Made by a program: the position numbers and the translations under genes | The notes under the pieces: generated by a model | Databases searched by the model: none | The model's input: the letters and a program-made list of their open reading frames with translations, nothing else | What the model was told of the DNA's origin: nothing | Part shown: positions 1 through 9,089 of the stretch, one piece after another | Numbering within the stretch: the first letter of the stretch is position 1 | How the letters are laid out: the number at the start of each line of letters is the position of its first letter | Assembly (NCBI GenBank): GCA_028877215.1 | Contig: JAPPFJ010000025.1 | Span: 146,233 to 210,232 of the forward strand | DNA length: 64,000 nucleotides | Direction of reading: 5' to 3' | Source of the DNA: Gemmatimonadota bacterium | GTDB taxonomy: Bacteria; Latescibacterota; UBA2968; GCA-2709665

Positions 1-1080
1 CAGGGCTTTGCACGGAAGATGGATTCCGCCTACGCGCTGGCGGTCACTTCAGGAACGGCGGCAATCAAGGTCGCCCTGGTTGCCGCGGGTGTCGGCCCGG
101 GCGACGAGGTGATTATGCCCCCGGTCACATTTGTGGCCACGCCGGGGGCCGTCATCCTGCTCGGAGGCGTGCCGATCTTCTCCGAAGTCGACAGTTCGAT
201 GACGCTGGATCCGGATGATATCGAAGCCAGGATTTCGCGCCGGACAAAGGCCATTCTGCCGGTGCACCTGTGGGGCACGCCGTGCCGGATGGATGGCATT
301 ATGGAGATCGCTGCAAGGCACGGATTGAAAGTGATTGAGGATTGCTCCCAGAGCGCCGGCGCTTCCTACAACGGAAAGGCCATTGGGACCTGGGGCGATC
401 TTGGGGCGTTCAGCCTGCAGTTCGGAAAGATTATCACGTCGGGGGAGGGCGGTGTGGTTTTGTCCGACAACGCGGAACTCTACGAACGCGCCGTACGCTA
501 CCACGACCAGGGGCTGTTTCGGGAAAAGACCCGGTTCCCGGACTTCGAGCCGACCCTGGAGCCCTTTGTGGGCGAGAATTACCGCATGCCCGAGATGTCC
601 GGGGCGGTCGCGCTGGCGCAGCTTCAGAAGATGGACGACGTTGTCGAGGCCATGCGCGGCAAATTCCGGCGATTCCAGGAAGGCGTTGCAGGCGTACGCG
701 GTGTGCATATCAGACCGACAAACGACGAAGACGGCCACCTTGGGGTACACTGGGACCTGATCTTCGAAGATCGCCGCACCTGCTCACGGTTCGCGAAGGC
801 TATGCGCGCCCGAGGGTTTTCGGCCGGTTTGGGATACGGCGGGAAGCCGGTCTATATGGGACCTCCCATACAGAACAAGGCCACGGCCTCACCCCACTCC
901 AATCCATGGAATTCGCCGGCGTACGACGGCGACGTTTCGTACGGCCCCGGACTCTGCCCGCGCACCGAAGACCTGCTTCAACGGGTACTCCTTCTGACCA
1001 CCGTCAATCCCTGGTTTCCTGAAGAAAGAATCGACGCTCTCGCCGCCGCCGTTCGCGCTTCCGCCGCGGAGGTATTCTGA
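1..1080 (+). CDS. DegT/DnrJ/EryC1/StrS-family PLP-dependent sugar aminotransferase; 5' end lies outside the window
   Basis: ORF 19..1080 stays open in the same frame back to base 1. Motifs AVTSGTAAI, GDEVIMPPVTFVAT and FSLQFGKIITSGEGG are typical of this family. Confidence 0.85.
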   Translation, partial: QGFARKMDSAYALAVTSGTAAIKVALVAAGVGPGDEVIMPPVTFVATPGAVILLGGVPIFSEVDSSMTLDPDDIEARISRRTKAILPVHLWGTPCRMDGIMEIAARHGLKVIEDCSQSAGASYNGKAIGTWGDLGAFSLQFGKIITSGEGGVVLSDNAELYERAVRYHDQGLFREKTRFPDFEPTLEPFVGENYRMPEMSGAVALAQLQKMDDVVEAMRGKFRRFQEGVAGVRGVHIRPTNDEDGHLGVHWDLIFEDRRTCSRFAKAMRARGFSAGLGYGGKPVYMGPPIQNKATASPHSNPWNSPAYDGDVSYGPGLCPRTEDLLQRVLLLTTVNPWFPEERIDALAAAVRASAAEVF

Positions 1081-1124
1081 CCGGAACGGCGGTCCATCTC
1101 ACACAGCGGATCCGAGGCATCGTC

Positions 1125-2069
1125 ATGAAAATCCTGTTGCGCGTGGAGTTGTCGGATCGCCACAGGGAAGAGATTGCGTCTGCAGTGAAGGGCGTGGAAC
1201 TGGTGGCGCCCGAATCCGAATCTGAGATGCTGGACGTCATGCCGCAGGTGGAGGTGGTTTTTGGCAGTCTGAGCCGGGAGATGTTCCGGCGGGGAGAACG
1301 CCTGCGGTTGGTGCAGACCTGGGGCGCCGGCGTTGACGGGCAGTTATTCAAGGCGTTTGTCGACAGCAACGTGGTATTGACAAGCGGGCGTGGAACCGTC
1401 GGCGTGCATCTGGCCGAACACGCGATGGCATTGTTGCTGGGCCTCACACGGGGTATCGCATGGGCCGTACGGAAGCCCGGGTGGGACCAGCGAATGCCGA
1501 TCCGGAATGCGAGTTGGGAACTGGTGGGCCTGACAATGGGAATCGTGGGTCTGGGAGGAACGGGCAGGGAACTTGCCAAGAGAGCCTGCGCGTTCGGCAT
1601 GCGTGTGATGGCCGTGGATCCGGAAGACGTGGACGTTCCCGCCTGCGTGGCGTCCTGCTGGAAGATGGACCGGTTTCACGACCTTCTGGCACTGTCCGAC
1701 GTGGTGGCAATATGCGCGCCGCTAACGCCCGATACACGGGGACTGTTCGACGAACGCGCTTTTTGTTGCATGAAGTCAGGTTCGCTGCTGATCAATGTAA
1801 CGCGGGGGGGCATCATGGACGAAGACGCGCTGGTCGACGCACTGGCGCGTGGACGGATCGCCGGAGCGGGCCTGGACGTCGTCCCTGTGGAGCCGCTCCC
1901 GCCGGACCATCCGTTGTGGAAGCTGGACAACGTCCTGATCACTCCTCACACGGCAGGCGGGTCGCCGAACCGGCAGGACCGCATCGTCAACCTGTTTTGC
2001 GAAAACCTGAAGCGGCTGCACGCCGGACGGCCGCTGTTGAGCGTGATCGACAAGAAGAAGGGCTATTGA
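1125..2069 (+). CDS. D-isomer-specific 2-hydroxyacid dehydrogenase family protein (NAD-binding)
   Basis: 314 aa ORF. Rossmann motif GIVGLGGTGRELAKRACAFGMRVMAVD, plus RGGIMDEDAL and ITPHTAG near the C-terminus. Confidence 0.85.
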   Translation: MKILLRVELSDRHREEIASAVKGVELVAPESESEMLDVMPQVEVVFGSLSREMFRRGERLRLVQTWGAGVDGQLFKAFVDSNVVLTSGRGTVGVHLAEHAMALLLGLTRGIAWAVRKPGWDQRMPIRNASWELVGLTMGIVGLGGTGRELAKRACAFGMRVMAVDPEDVDVPACVASCWKMDRFHDLLALSDVVAICAPLTPDTRGLFDERAFCCMKSGSLLINVTRGGIMDEDALVDALARGRIAGAGLDVVPVEPLPPDHPLWKLDNVLITPHTAGGSPNRQDRIVNLFCENLKRLHAGRPLLSVIDKKKGY

Positions 2070-2072
2070 GCG

Positions 2073-3140
2073 ATGCGGGCGTTTTTTTTCTGGGAAGCCG
2101 CGGCCGGCGGCCTGTCGCTTCACGACAGGTGCAATCCCTATGGGCCCCTGCTCGCTCGCGATCTGGCACGGCTCGACATCCAGCTCGAACTCGGCGACTA
2201 CGCGTTCGGGAAGGATTGGTTGAAAGAGGCCCGCGACGACTATTCGGTGTTGCATCTCAATTGGCTCCATTGGTTCTACCGGGACGACACCCTTGAGAAA
2301 TCGGTTTCCCGGCTCAACCAATTCGCGGACAATCTGCACTATGCCAGGGAATTGGGGTACCGGGTTGTCTGGACCTTGCACAACCGGTATCCTCACGAAC
2401 GCCCGTTTCCGGAGCTGGATCATCTGGCGCGGCTGATCGTTGGGCACCTGGCAGACGCCATGATTGCGCACTGCAACTACGGCGCCCGGCTTGCACGCAG
2501 GCTTTTCTACCGTACCGGTCATCTGCACGTCATCCCGCACGGCCACTATATCGACATCTTCCCCAACGAAATCTCGAAGGACGAGGCAAGGCGCAGGCTG
2601 CAGCTGCCGGCGGACGCGTTTGTCTATCTGTTTTTCGGTAATGCCAGGGTATATAAGGGGATCGAAAAGCTGATCCGGGCGTATCGTGAATGTGCGTCCG
2701 CCGATACGCGGCTGGCCATCATGACCCGAAGAGCTTTCGACGGAAGTCACGCCGACCAGGTCATCGCCCTGGCGGAAGAGGACGAACGCATACACGTGTT
2801 TACGCACACCTTCTTCCCCAATGAGGATTTTCAGGTCTATCTGAATGCTGCGGACGCAGCCGTGCTGCCGTTTTCACAGGTTCTGACGTCCGGATCTGCG
2901 ATCGCCGCACTTTCATTCGGGAAACCGGTTATCGTACCGGCGCTCGGCTGCCTGCCGGAACTGGTCGACGAATCGATGGGCATTTTGTACGATCCGAAGG
3001 ACAGCCGGGCTCTGTCAAACGCGCTGCTCGACATCAGACGGCGCGACCTCGACATGGCCGGCCGTGCGGCGTTCGAACGCGCCAGATCGCTCGACTGGCG
3101 CGGGATCGCGAAGCGCGTCGCTGAAGTCTATCGGGCATAG
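2073..3140 (+). CDS. Glycosyltransferase, GT-B fold (family 1/4-like)
   Basis: 355 aa ORF starting 4 nt after the upstream stop. The C-terminal half (LPFSQVLTSGSAIAALSFGKPVIVPALGCLPELVDE..GILYDP) resembles the sugar-donor binding region of GT1/GT4 enzymes. Confidence 0.7.
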   Translation: MRAFFFWEAAAGGLSLHDRCNPYGPLLARDLARLDIQLELGDYAFGKDWLKEARDDYSVLHLNWLHWFYRDDTLEKSVSRLNQFADNLHYARELGYRVVWTLHNRYPHERPFPELDHLARLIVGHLADAMIAHCNYGARLARRLFYRTGHLHVIPHGHYIDIFPNEISKDEARRRLQLPADAFVYLFFGNARVYKGIEKLIRAYRECASADTRLAIMTRRAFDGSHADQVIALAEEDERIHVFTHTFFPNEDFQVYLNAADAAVLPFSQVLTSGSAIAALSFGKPVIVPALGCLPELVDESMGILYDPKDSRALSNALLDIRRRDLDMAGRAAFERARSLDWRGIAKRVAEVYRA

Positions 3141-3149
3141 GTCGGTGAA

Positions 3150-4247
3150 ATGAGAATTACCGGTGTCGAACTGACCGCTGTCAGGGTGAATCACCTGGGA
3201 GACTGGGTTTTTGTCTACGTCAATACCGACGAGGGATTGCGTGGCCTAGGTGAACTGCGCGCGGGCAGGAACTACGCCGGTCGACTGCGGGCTACGAAGG
3301 AACTGGCCGAGTGGCTTCGTGGCAGGGACCCCCGGCGGATTCGGGATTTTTCGGACCGGTTTACCCGAATTGACTGCGACAGAGACACCTTCGGCGCCGT
3401 CAGCGCACTGGAGCAGGCCCTTTGGGATCTTCTTGGAAAATCGCTCGAGGTACCGGTTTACACACTTCTGGGAGGGCCGGTCCGCGATGACGTCCGCCTG
3501 TATGCCAACATCAACAGGGCATCGCAGGATCGCAGCCCGGAGAACTTCGCGACCCTGGCGGCCCGGGCTGCCGCGGAGGGTTTCGATGCCGTAAAGCTGG
3601 CGCCCTTTGACGGGATGCATCGCAATATAGACTCCGCGGCAGAAGCCCGGCCGGGCATCGCGCGCGTGCAGGCTGTTCGCCGGGCGATCGGATCGGATGT
3701 GGACCTGCTGGTTGACTGCCACAGCCATTTCACCGTGAGGGGCGCCCTTGAAACCGCCGCGGCGCTGCAAGATCTGGACGTCTATTGGTTCGAGCAGCCT
3801 GTTTCTGAAGATCGGCTGGATGCCGTCGTTGAGGTGAATCGGTTTTGCGGGCTGTTGACGGCCGGCGGCGAAGGGCGAATGGCGGGAAGTGAATTCCGGG
3901 AGGTGCTGGAGAACGCGGCGATGGACGTGGTCATGCCGGACGTGACGGTTGTGGGGGGTATCTCGAATCTGAAGGCGATCGCGGAAACGGCGGAGACGTT
4001 CGGCATACCGACGGCGCCCCACGGTCCGTTCGGACCGGTAGCCGTAAGCGCCGGGATGCAGGTCATGCTCACCCACCCCGGCTTCCTGATTCTGGAGTAT
4101 GGATGGGGCGAGATCGGGTGGCGAACGGAGTTGACCTTCCCGCCGGAAGACATCGTCAATGGCAGACTCCGCCCTGGCCGGCGCCCTGGCCTTGGGGTGG
4201 AACTGAATCCGGACTTGCTCAAAGCGCACGCGGCAGCGTTGAATTAG
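3150..4247 (+). CDS. Enolase-superfamily enzyme (mandelate racemase/muconate lactonizing family, sugar-acid dehydratase-like)
   Basis: 365 aa ORF. N-terminal capping domain MRITGVEL..VYVNTDEGLRGLGE, barrel region with DAVKLAPFD, VDCHSHF and WFEQPV. Confidence 0.8.
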   Translation: MRITGVELTAVRVNHLGDWVFVYVNTDEGLRGLGELRAGRNYAGRLRATKELAEWLRGRDPRRIRDFSDRFTRIDCDRDTFGAVSALEQALWDLLGKSLEVPVYTLLGGPVRDDVRLYANINRASQDRSPENFATLAARAAAEGFDAVKLAPFDGMHRNIDSAAEARPGIARVQAVRRAIGSDVDLLVDCHSHFTVRGALETAAALQDLDVYWFEQPVSEDRLDAVVEVNRFCGLLTAGGEGRMAGSEFREVLENAAMDVVMPDVTVVGGISNLKAIAETAETFGIPTAPHGPFGPVAVSAGMQVMLTHPGFLILEYGWGEIGWRTELTFPPEDIVNGRLRPGRRPGLGVELNPDLLKAHAAALN

Positions 4248-4250
4248 TCG

Positions 4251-5129
4251 ATGGAGGGCCGCATGTTCAAGTCTCTGGCGCCCGGCGCCATCGGTGTCAA
4301 GGCGACGTTGGAGGAAGGACTGGCATTTGCGGGGGCCGCGGGGTTTCAGGGTCTGGATGTCAATATTCGCGAAGTGGCGGCGTATGTGCGAGAGAAGGGT
4401 GCGGACCACGTCACGGGGTTGTTCCGCGATGCAGGCTTGAAAATCGGCGCCTGGGGGTTGCCGGTTGCCTGGAACGGTCCGCTCGAGGACTATAAGCGTG
4501 AACTGCACGTATTGCCCGGTTTGGCCGAAGCCGCCGCGTCCGTGGGCGCGTTCAGGGTCTCGCAGTGGATTCCGCCGGCTTCCGATGACCGGCCCTTCCG
4601 CGAACAGTTCCAGTGGTGCCTGGGCCGCTTGCGCCCGATTTGTGATGTGTTGAAGGACCACGGATGCAGCCTTGGCTTGGAGTTCATCGGACCGAGAACG
4701 CAGCGTATCGACCGGACGTACGGTTTCATCCACTCCATTGCCGGCATGCTTGGATTCTGCGAGGCCCTCGGAACCGGCAACGCGGGTCTTTTGCTCGACT
4801 GCTGGCACTGGTATACCTCGCTGGGAACTCTGGCGGATATGAGGGGACTCACGCCGGACGACGTCATCCACGTCCACGTGAACGACGCGCCGGCCGACGT
4901 GGCCGTGGGGGAACAGGTCGATCAGGTTCGCGCGCTTCCCTCAGAGACCGGCGTGATCGATCTGGTAGGCTTCCTGAGCGCGTTGAACGTGATCGGATAC
5001 AAAGGGCCCGTCACGCCGGAGCCATTTAGCCGGAAGGTCAGGGAACTACCTGCGAGCGAAGCTGTACGCGTGACTCATCGGGGGCTGGACGAAGCTTGGC
5101 GCGCGGCGGGGTTGAATTCACGCGACTGA
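4251..5129 (+). CDS. Sugar phosphate isomerase/epimerase (xylose isomerase-like TIM barrel)
   Basis: 292 aa ORF starting 4 nt after the upstream stop. Pattern GFQGLDV.., LGLEFIG.., LLLDCWHWY, HVHVNDAP fits AP_endonuc_2-type TIM barrels. An alternative ATG lies at 4263. Confidence 0.7.
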   Translation: MEGRMFKSLAPGAIGVKATLEEGLAFAGAAGFQGLDVNIREVAAYVREKGADHVTGLFRDAGLKIGAWGLPVAWNGPLEDYKRELHVLPGLAEAAASVGAFRVSQWIPPASDDRPFREQFQWCLGRLRPICDVLKDHGCSLGLEFIGPRTQRIDRTYGFIHSIAGMLGFCEALGTGNAGLLLDCWHWYTSLGTLADMRGLTPDDVIHVHVNDAPADVAVGEQVDQVRALPSETGVIDLVGFLSALNVIGYKGPVTPEPFSRKVRELPASEAVRVTHRGLDEAWRAAGLNSRD

Positions 5130-5198
5130 CCGTAAGGCGTTGCAACGAAGCCCGGACGGCGGAGCGTGCGGTCTCGGCGCAGGAAATCGGGGAATCTC

Positions 5199-5774
5199 AT
5201 GGAATCCATTGAGACCTTTGCCGCCAAATATATCCAGGAAAGCGGGAAACTCCTGGCGTCGTTGAATCCCGCCCAGATCGCGTCTGTCATAACACTCATG
5301 CGAACCGCCAGGGACTCCGGAAACCGGATTTTTGCCATAGGAAACGGCGGCAGCGCGGGTACGGCCTCCCATTTCGTGAACGACATGGGAAAGGGGGCAT
5401 CGGTCGGCCGGGAGACCCGGTTCAAGGTGATTCCGCTAACCGACAACGTGGCGTGGATGACGGCGCTTAGCAACGATCTGAGCTACGAGGACGTGTTCGT
5501 CGAGCAGATGAAGAACTTCGCGGAACCCGGGGACGTGTTGCTGGCGATCAGCGGGAGCAGGAACTCAGAAAACGTCCTCCGGGCCGTGCGATTTGCGAAC
5601 CGGCTGGGTTGTTATACGGTGGGTTTTGCCGGATTCGGCGGCGGGAAGCTGAAAGATCTGGTTCGTCACTGCATCGTGGTGGAATCGGACCACATGGGGA
5701 GAGTTGAAGACATCCATATGGTTCTTCAGCACATCGTCTGTTACTATTTCATGGATGCGGAACGGTCGAGATGA
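5199..5774 (+). CDS. SIS-domain protein, phosphoheptose isomerase (GmhA)-like
   Basis: ORF 5166..5774. IFAIGNGGSAGTASHFVNDM and LLAISGSRNSENV are SIS/GmhA signatures. I prefer the ATG at 5199 (MESIETF), but 5166 is possible. Confidence 0.75.
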   Translation: MESIETFAAKYIQESGKLLASLNPAQIASVITLMRTARDSGNRIFAIGNGGSAGTASHFVNDMGKGASVGRETRFKVIPLTDNVAWMTALSNDLSYEDVFVEQMKNFAEPGDVLLAISGSRNSENVLRAVRFANRLGCYTVGFAGFGGGKLKDLVRHCIVVESDHMGRVEDIHMVLQHIVCYYFMDAERSR

Positions 5775-6829
5775 GCAGGACCCACCCGGCCATGGTCGTT
5801 CTGCTGCCCCTGATTTTCGGCCTGAACCTGGAATTCGGATACTATTGGCACCTGGTTCGCGGCCAGGCGAAACTGCTCTGGAGCCGCCAACCCGTAACGA
5901 ACCTGCTTGCGGGTGGGAATCTGGATCAGGAGGTCCGTAAGCGGCTCGAATTCGTTCAGGAGGTGCGACGGTTCGCGGAACAACGGATCGGGCTTGCCCG
6001 TTCCCGCAATTACGGCACCTACATCGATATCGGCGAGGGACCGGTTTCGTGGCAGTTGACAGCGTCGCCAAAGGACCGGATCGAGCCCGTGATATGGACG
6101 TACCCGGTAGTGGGACGATTTCCCTACCGGGGTTATTTTGATCTGGACCGGGCGAAAGTGGATCGGAATCGACTGGATGCGCAAGATTTCGATACACTGT
6201 TGCGTCCCGTTGGCGCCTACAGTACGCTGGGCTGGTTCGCGGATCCGATCCTGAGTACGATGCTGCGATACGGCGATGGCGACTTGGCGGAACTCATCAT
6301 CCACGAGTTGGCGCACGGGACGGTGTGGATTCCGGATCATGTCTCCTTCAACGAGAGCCTGGCGACATTTGTGGGAGAAATCGGAGCGCTGCAGTTCATG
6401 CGGCAGCGTTACGGACCGGAGGCTGAGGTCGTGAAGGTCATGCTGGACAGGAGGTCCGACGAACGAACGTTCAAGCGATTCATGCATGGCGTCGCGAAAG
6501 AACTCCAGGCACTCTACGAAACGGAGCGCCCCTACGAAGAGAAGCTGCAAGAGCGAGAGGTCATCTTCAAACGTGCGAAGCATCGCTTTTACGGGCTGGA
6601 TCTGAAGACCGGCGTGTATTCCCACTTTCCCCGGCGCCGGTTGAATAACGCCGTGATGATGGCCTATCGAACCTACCACGAAAAGGTCGACGTTTTCGAT
6701 CGCGTGCACCGGACGCTGGGTCAAGACCTCAAGGCAGCCGTCCGGATCTTCAAGCAATGTGAATCGCAGACGGATCCCTCCCGGTATCTGGAAGATTGGC
6801 TGCTGAGAAACAGCGCAGCGGATCGGTAG
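5771..6829 (+). CDS. Putative zinc aminopeptidase (DUF2265-like)
   Basis: 352 aa ORF whose ATG overlaps the upstream TGA (ATGA). It has a hydrophobic N-terminus and an HExxH motif (IIHELAHGTVW) in a context I associate with the putative aminopeptidase family. Confidence 0.6.
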   Translation: MSRTHPAMVVLLPLIFGLNLEFGYYWHLVRGQAKLLWSRQPVTNLLAGGNLDQEVRKRLEFVQEVRRFAEQRIGLARSRNYGTYIDIGEGPVSWQLTASPKDRIEPVIWTYPVVGRFPYRGYFDLDRAKVDRNRLDAQDFDTLLRPVGAYSTLGWFADPILSTMLRYGDGDLAELIIHELAHGTVWIPDHVSFNESLATFVGEIGALQFMRQRYGPEAEVVKVMLDRRSDERTFKRFMHGVAKELQALYETERPYEEKLQEREVIFKRAKHRFYGLDLKTGVYSHFPRRRLNNAVMMAYRTYHEKVDVFDRVHRTLGQDLKAAVRIFKQCESQTDPSRYLEDWLLRNSAADR

Positions 6830-6887
6830 ACCGGCCGTCTCCGGCACGCGGACAGAGCAGGCCGGATCCATCCAATGCGCACGGGTC

Positions 6888-7214
6888 ATGCACAAAATGC
6901 CAGAATTCGAGCGCACGTTTCGAAGGATCTATCGGGTGGTCGCCAGGATTCCCGAAGGGACCGTGGCCACCTACGGACAGATTGCCCGGATTGTGGGTGT
7001 GGGGCCCAGGCAGGTGGGGCAGGCGCTCAAGGCATTGCCGGCAGGTACCAGGTGTCCGTGGCATCGGGTGATAAACGCGCGGGGGACCGTGTCGATTCGC
7101 ACAGGCGCAAGAAAGGCGCATCTGGTCCAGGAACGGCTCCTCGAGGCCGAGGGCGTGACCTTCGTGAACGGTAGAGTCGATCTGGACGTGTATCGGTGGC
7201 ACGCCGACCCATAG
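6888..7214 (+). CDS. Alkyltransferase-like (ATL) protein; MGMT DNA-binding domain without the acceptor cysteine
   Basis: 108 aa ORF with TYGQIARIVG...PRQVGQAL and PWHRVINARG. The canonical PCHRV cysteine is replaced by Trp. Confidence 0.75.
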   Translation: MHKMPEFERTFRRIYRVVARIPEGTVATYGQIARIVGVGPRQVGQALKALPAGTRCPWHRVINARGTVSIRTGARKAHLVQERLLEAEGVTFVNGRVDLDVYRWHADP

Positions 7215-7268
7215 ACCGACGGTTTGCCGCTGTGGGACGGATTGTTGAATCAGCCATAGGATTCGACC

Positions 7269-9050
7269 GTGACGCTCAATCCTTTCAGACCCTTCTGGAA
7301 GCATCTAAAACCCTTCAGGAACCGTATCCTCGCGGGTCTGGCGCTGCTGTCGGTCGGTCAGCTGGCGTCAAGCGCGATCCCGCTCGCGTTGAGGGAGGCG
7401 GTCGATCTGGTAAAGGAGTGGACGGACGGCGAGCATGGCGGAGTCGTTCCTTCGGTGGAGAGTGTGGGCGAGCAGGTTGTATTCTGGGTACTGTTGATCG
7501 TCGGTCTTGCACTGGCCCAGATGGGCCTGGAAATGGGGATGCGCTGGTGCCTGAACAGCGTCTCGCGACTCGTCGAGTATGATATTCGGAAGGGCTACTT
7601 CAAGGCGTTGTTGAGACTGTCCCTGAGCTACTATCATCGGACGCCGACGGGAGACCTGATATCCCGCGCGACCAACGACATGAACGCCGTCCGTATGTTT
7701 CTCGGATTCGGAGTACGCATGTTGTTTGGCGCGGTATTGGGCCTTTCCCTGAGTATGCTGGTGATGTGCTGGATCGACTGGAAGCTGGCGATTCTCGCCG
7801 TGGTCCCGATGCCAGTGATGGCTCTGGTCATGAACCGTCTGGCCGGCAGGGTTCATCACGGATTTCGATCCGTGCAGGAACAGTTCTCGCGTATCAGCTC
7901 CCGGGTCCAGGAAAACCTGTCCGGCATCCGGGTGGTCAAGGCATTCGCCCAGGGCCGCGCGGAGATGGATGCGTTCGACGAACTGAGCCGGGACTACCTG
8001 GTAAAGAACCGCAGCCTGATTCGTATTCAGAGTCTGCTTTTTCCTTTGACCTTTCTGATCAGCGGCGCATCGCTGGCGGTCATTCTCTGGATCGGGGGGG
8101 CACACGTGATCGACGGGCGGCTGACCCTGGGGGATTTCGTGGCATTCAACGCCTACCTGACCAGGCTGATCTTTCCGATGATTACCCTGGGTTGGATGAT
8201 CGATCGGTACCAGCGGGGCCTGGCGTCCATGAAGCGAATTCAGGAAGTCCTTGGTACATCGCCCGAAATTCAGGATTCGGCGAATACCAGGGCTATCGCA
8301 ACGCTGGGTGGCGAGATCGAGTTCCGGAATCTGACCTTTTCGTACAACGGCGCGCCGGTGCTGAAAGACATCGACCTTCACATCCCCAGGGGAAGCACAT
8401 TGGCGCTGGTTGGACGCGTGGGATCCGGAAAAACCACGCTGGCTCGCCTGATCCCGCGGCTGCTCCAGGCACCGGAGGGTGCCGTGCTGATCGACGGCAT
8501 TCCCGTGGACGAGATCCCGCTGTCCACACTCCGGGCCTGCATCGGATTTGTCCCGCAGGATACGTTCCTTTTCTCCGACTCCCTTCGGGAGAATATCTGC
8601 CTGGGAAGCGACCGGGCAACCGAGACCGACGTACGGTGGGCGAGCGAGGTTGCCGGGCTTTCGAGCGATCTGGCGAACTTCCCTGACGGGATCGAAACGG
8701 TAATTGGTGAGCGCGGCGTCACTTTGTCGGGTGGCCAGAAGCAGCGCACGGCTCTGGCCCGGGCGGTGATTCGTCGACCGGAGATTCTTGTCCTGGACGA
8801 TGCGCTCGCCAGCGTCGATACACAGACTGAAGAGAGGATATTGAATCGCCTGCGCGACGTCATGGAACTCAGAACCACCATACTGATTGCGCACCGGATT
8901 TCGACCGTACAGGATGCGGATCAGATCGTGGTACTGGACGAAGGGGCGATTGCAGAACGCGGTACCCACGACGAACTGATCGGCCACGACGGAATCTATG
9001 CCGCTATGTACCGCCGGCAGCAGTTGACCCGAGAACTGGATGCGATCTGA
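7269..9050 (+). CDS. ABC exporter, fused permease/ATPase subunit (MdlA/type 1 exporter-like)
   Basis: 593 aa, GTG start. Six-TM N-terminal half, Walker A GRVGSGKTT, signature LSGGQKQR, Walker B ILVLDDA. Confidence 0.9.
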   Translation: MTLNPFRPFWKHLKPFRNRILAGLALLSVGQLASSAIPLALREAVDLVKEWTDGEHGGVVPSVESVGEQVVFWVLLIVGLALAQMGLEMGMRWCLNSVSRLVEYDIRKGYFKALLRLSLSYYHRTPTGDLISRATNDMNAVRMFLGFGVRMLFGAVLGLSLSMLVMCWIDWKLAILAVVPMPVMALVMNRLAGRVHHGFRSVQEQFSRISSRVQENLSGIRVVKAFAQGRAEMDAFDELSRDYLVKNRSLIRIQSLLFPLTFLISGASLAVILWIGGAHVIDGRLTLGDFVAFNAYLTRLIFPMITLGWMIDRYQRGLASMKRIQEVLGTSPEIQDSANTRAIATLGGEIEFRNLTFSYNGAPVLKDIDLHIPRGSTLALVGRVGSGKTTLARLIPRLLQAPEGAVLIDGIPVDEIPLSTLRACIGFVPQDTFLFSDSLRENICLGSDRATETDVRWASEVAGLSSDLANFPDGIETVIGERGVTLSGGQKQRTALARAVIRRPEILVLDDALASVDTQTEERILNRLRDVMELRTTILIAHRISTVQDADQIVVLDEGAIAERGTHDELIGHDGIYAAMYRRQQLTRELDAI

Positions 9051-9089
9051 AACCCGGTATCCGAGACCGCGCGAACCCGTGAGCACCGG

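Noticed and set aside
3246-4877. Very long antisense or alternative-frame ORFs. Examples: 3246..4877 (-, 543 aa), 7368..9440 (-, 690 aa), 20653..22413 (-, 586 aa), 31645..33150 (-, 501 aa), 41462..42871 (-, 469 aa), 60951..62078 (-, 375 aa).
   Set aside because: - They are shadow ORFs typical of GC-rich DNA.
- Their translations are Arg/Pro/Gly-rich with no motifs.
- Each lies opposite a gene with strong family signatures.
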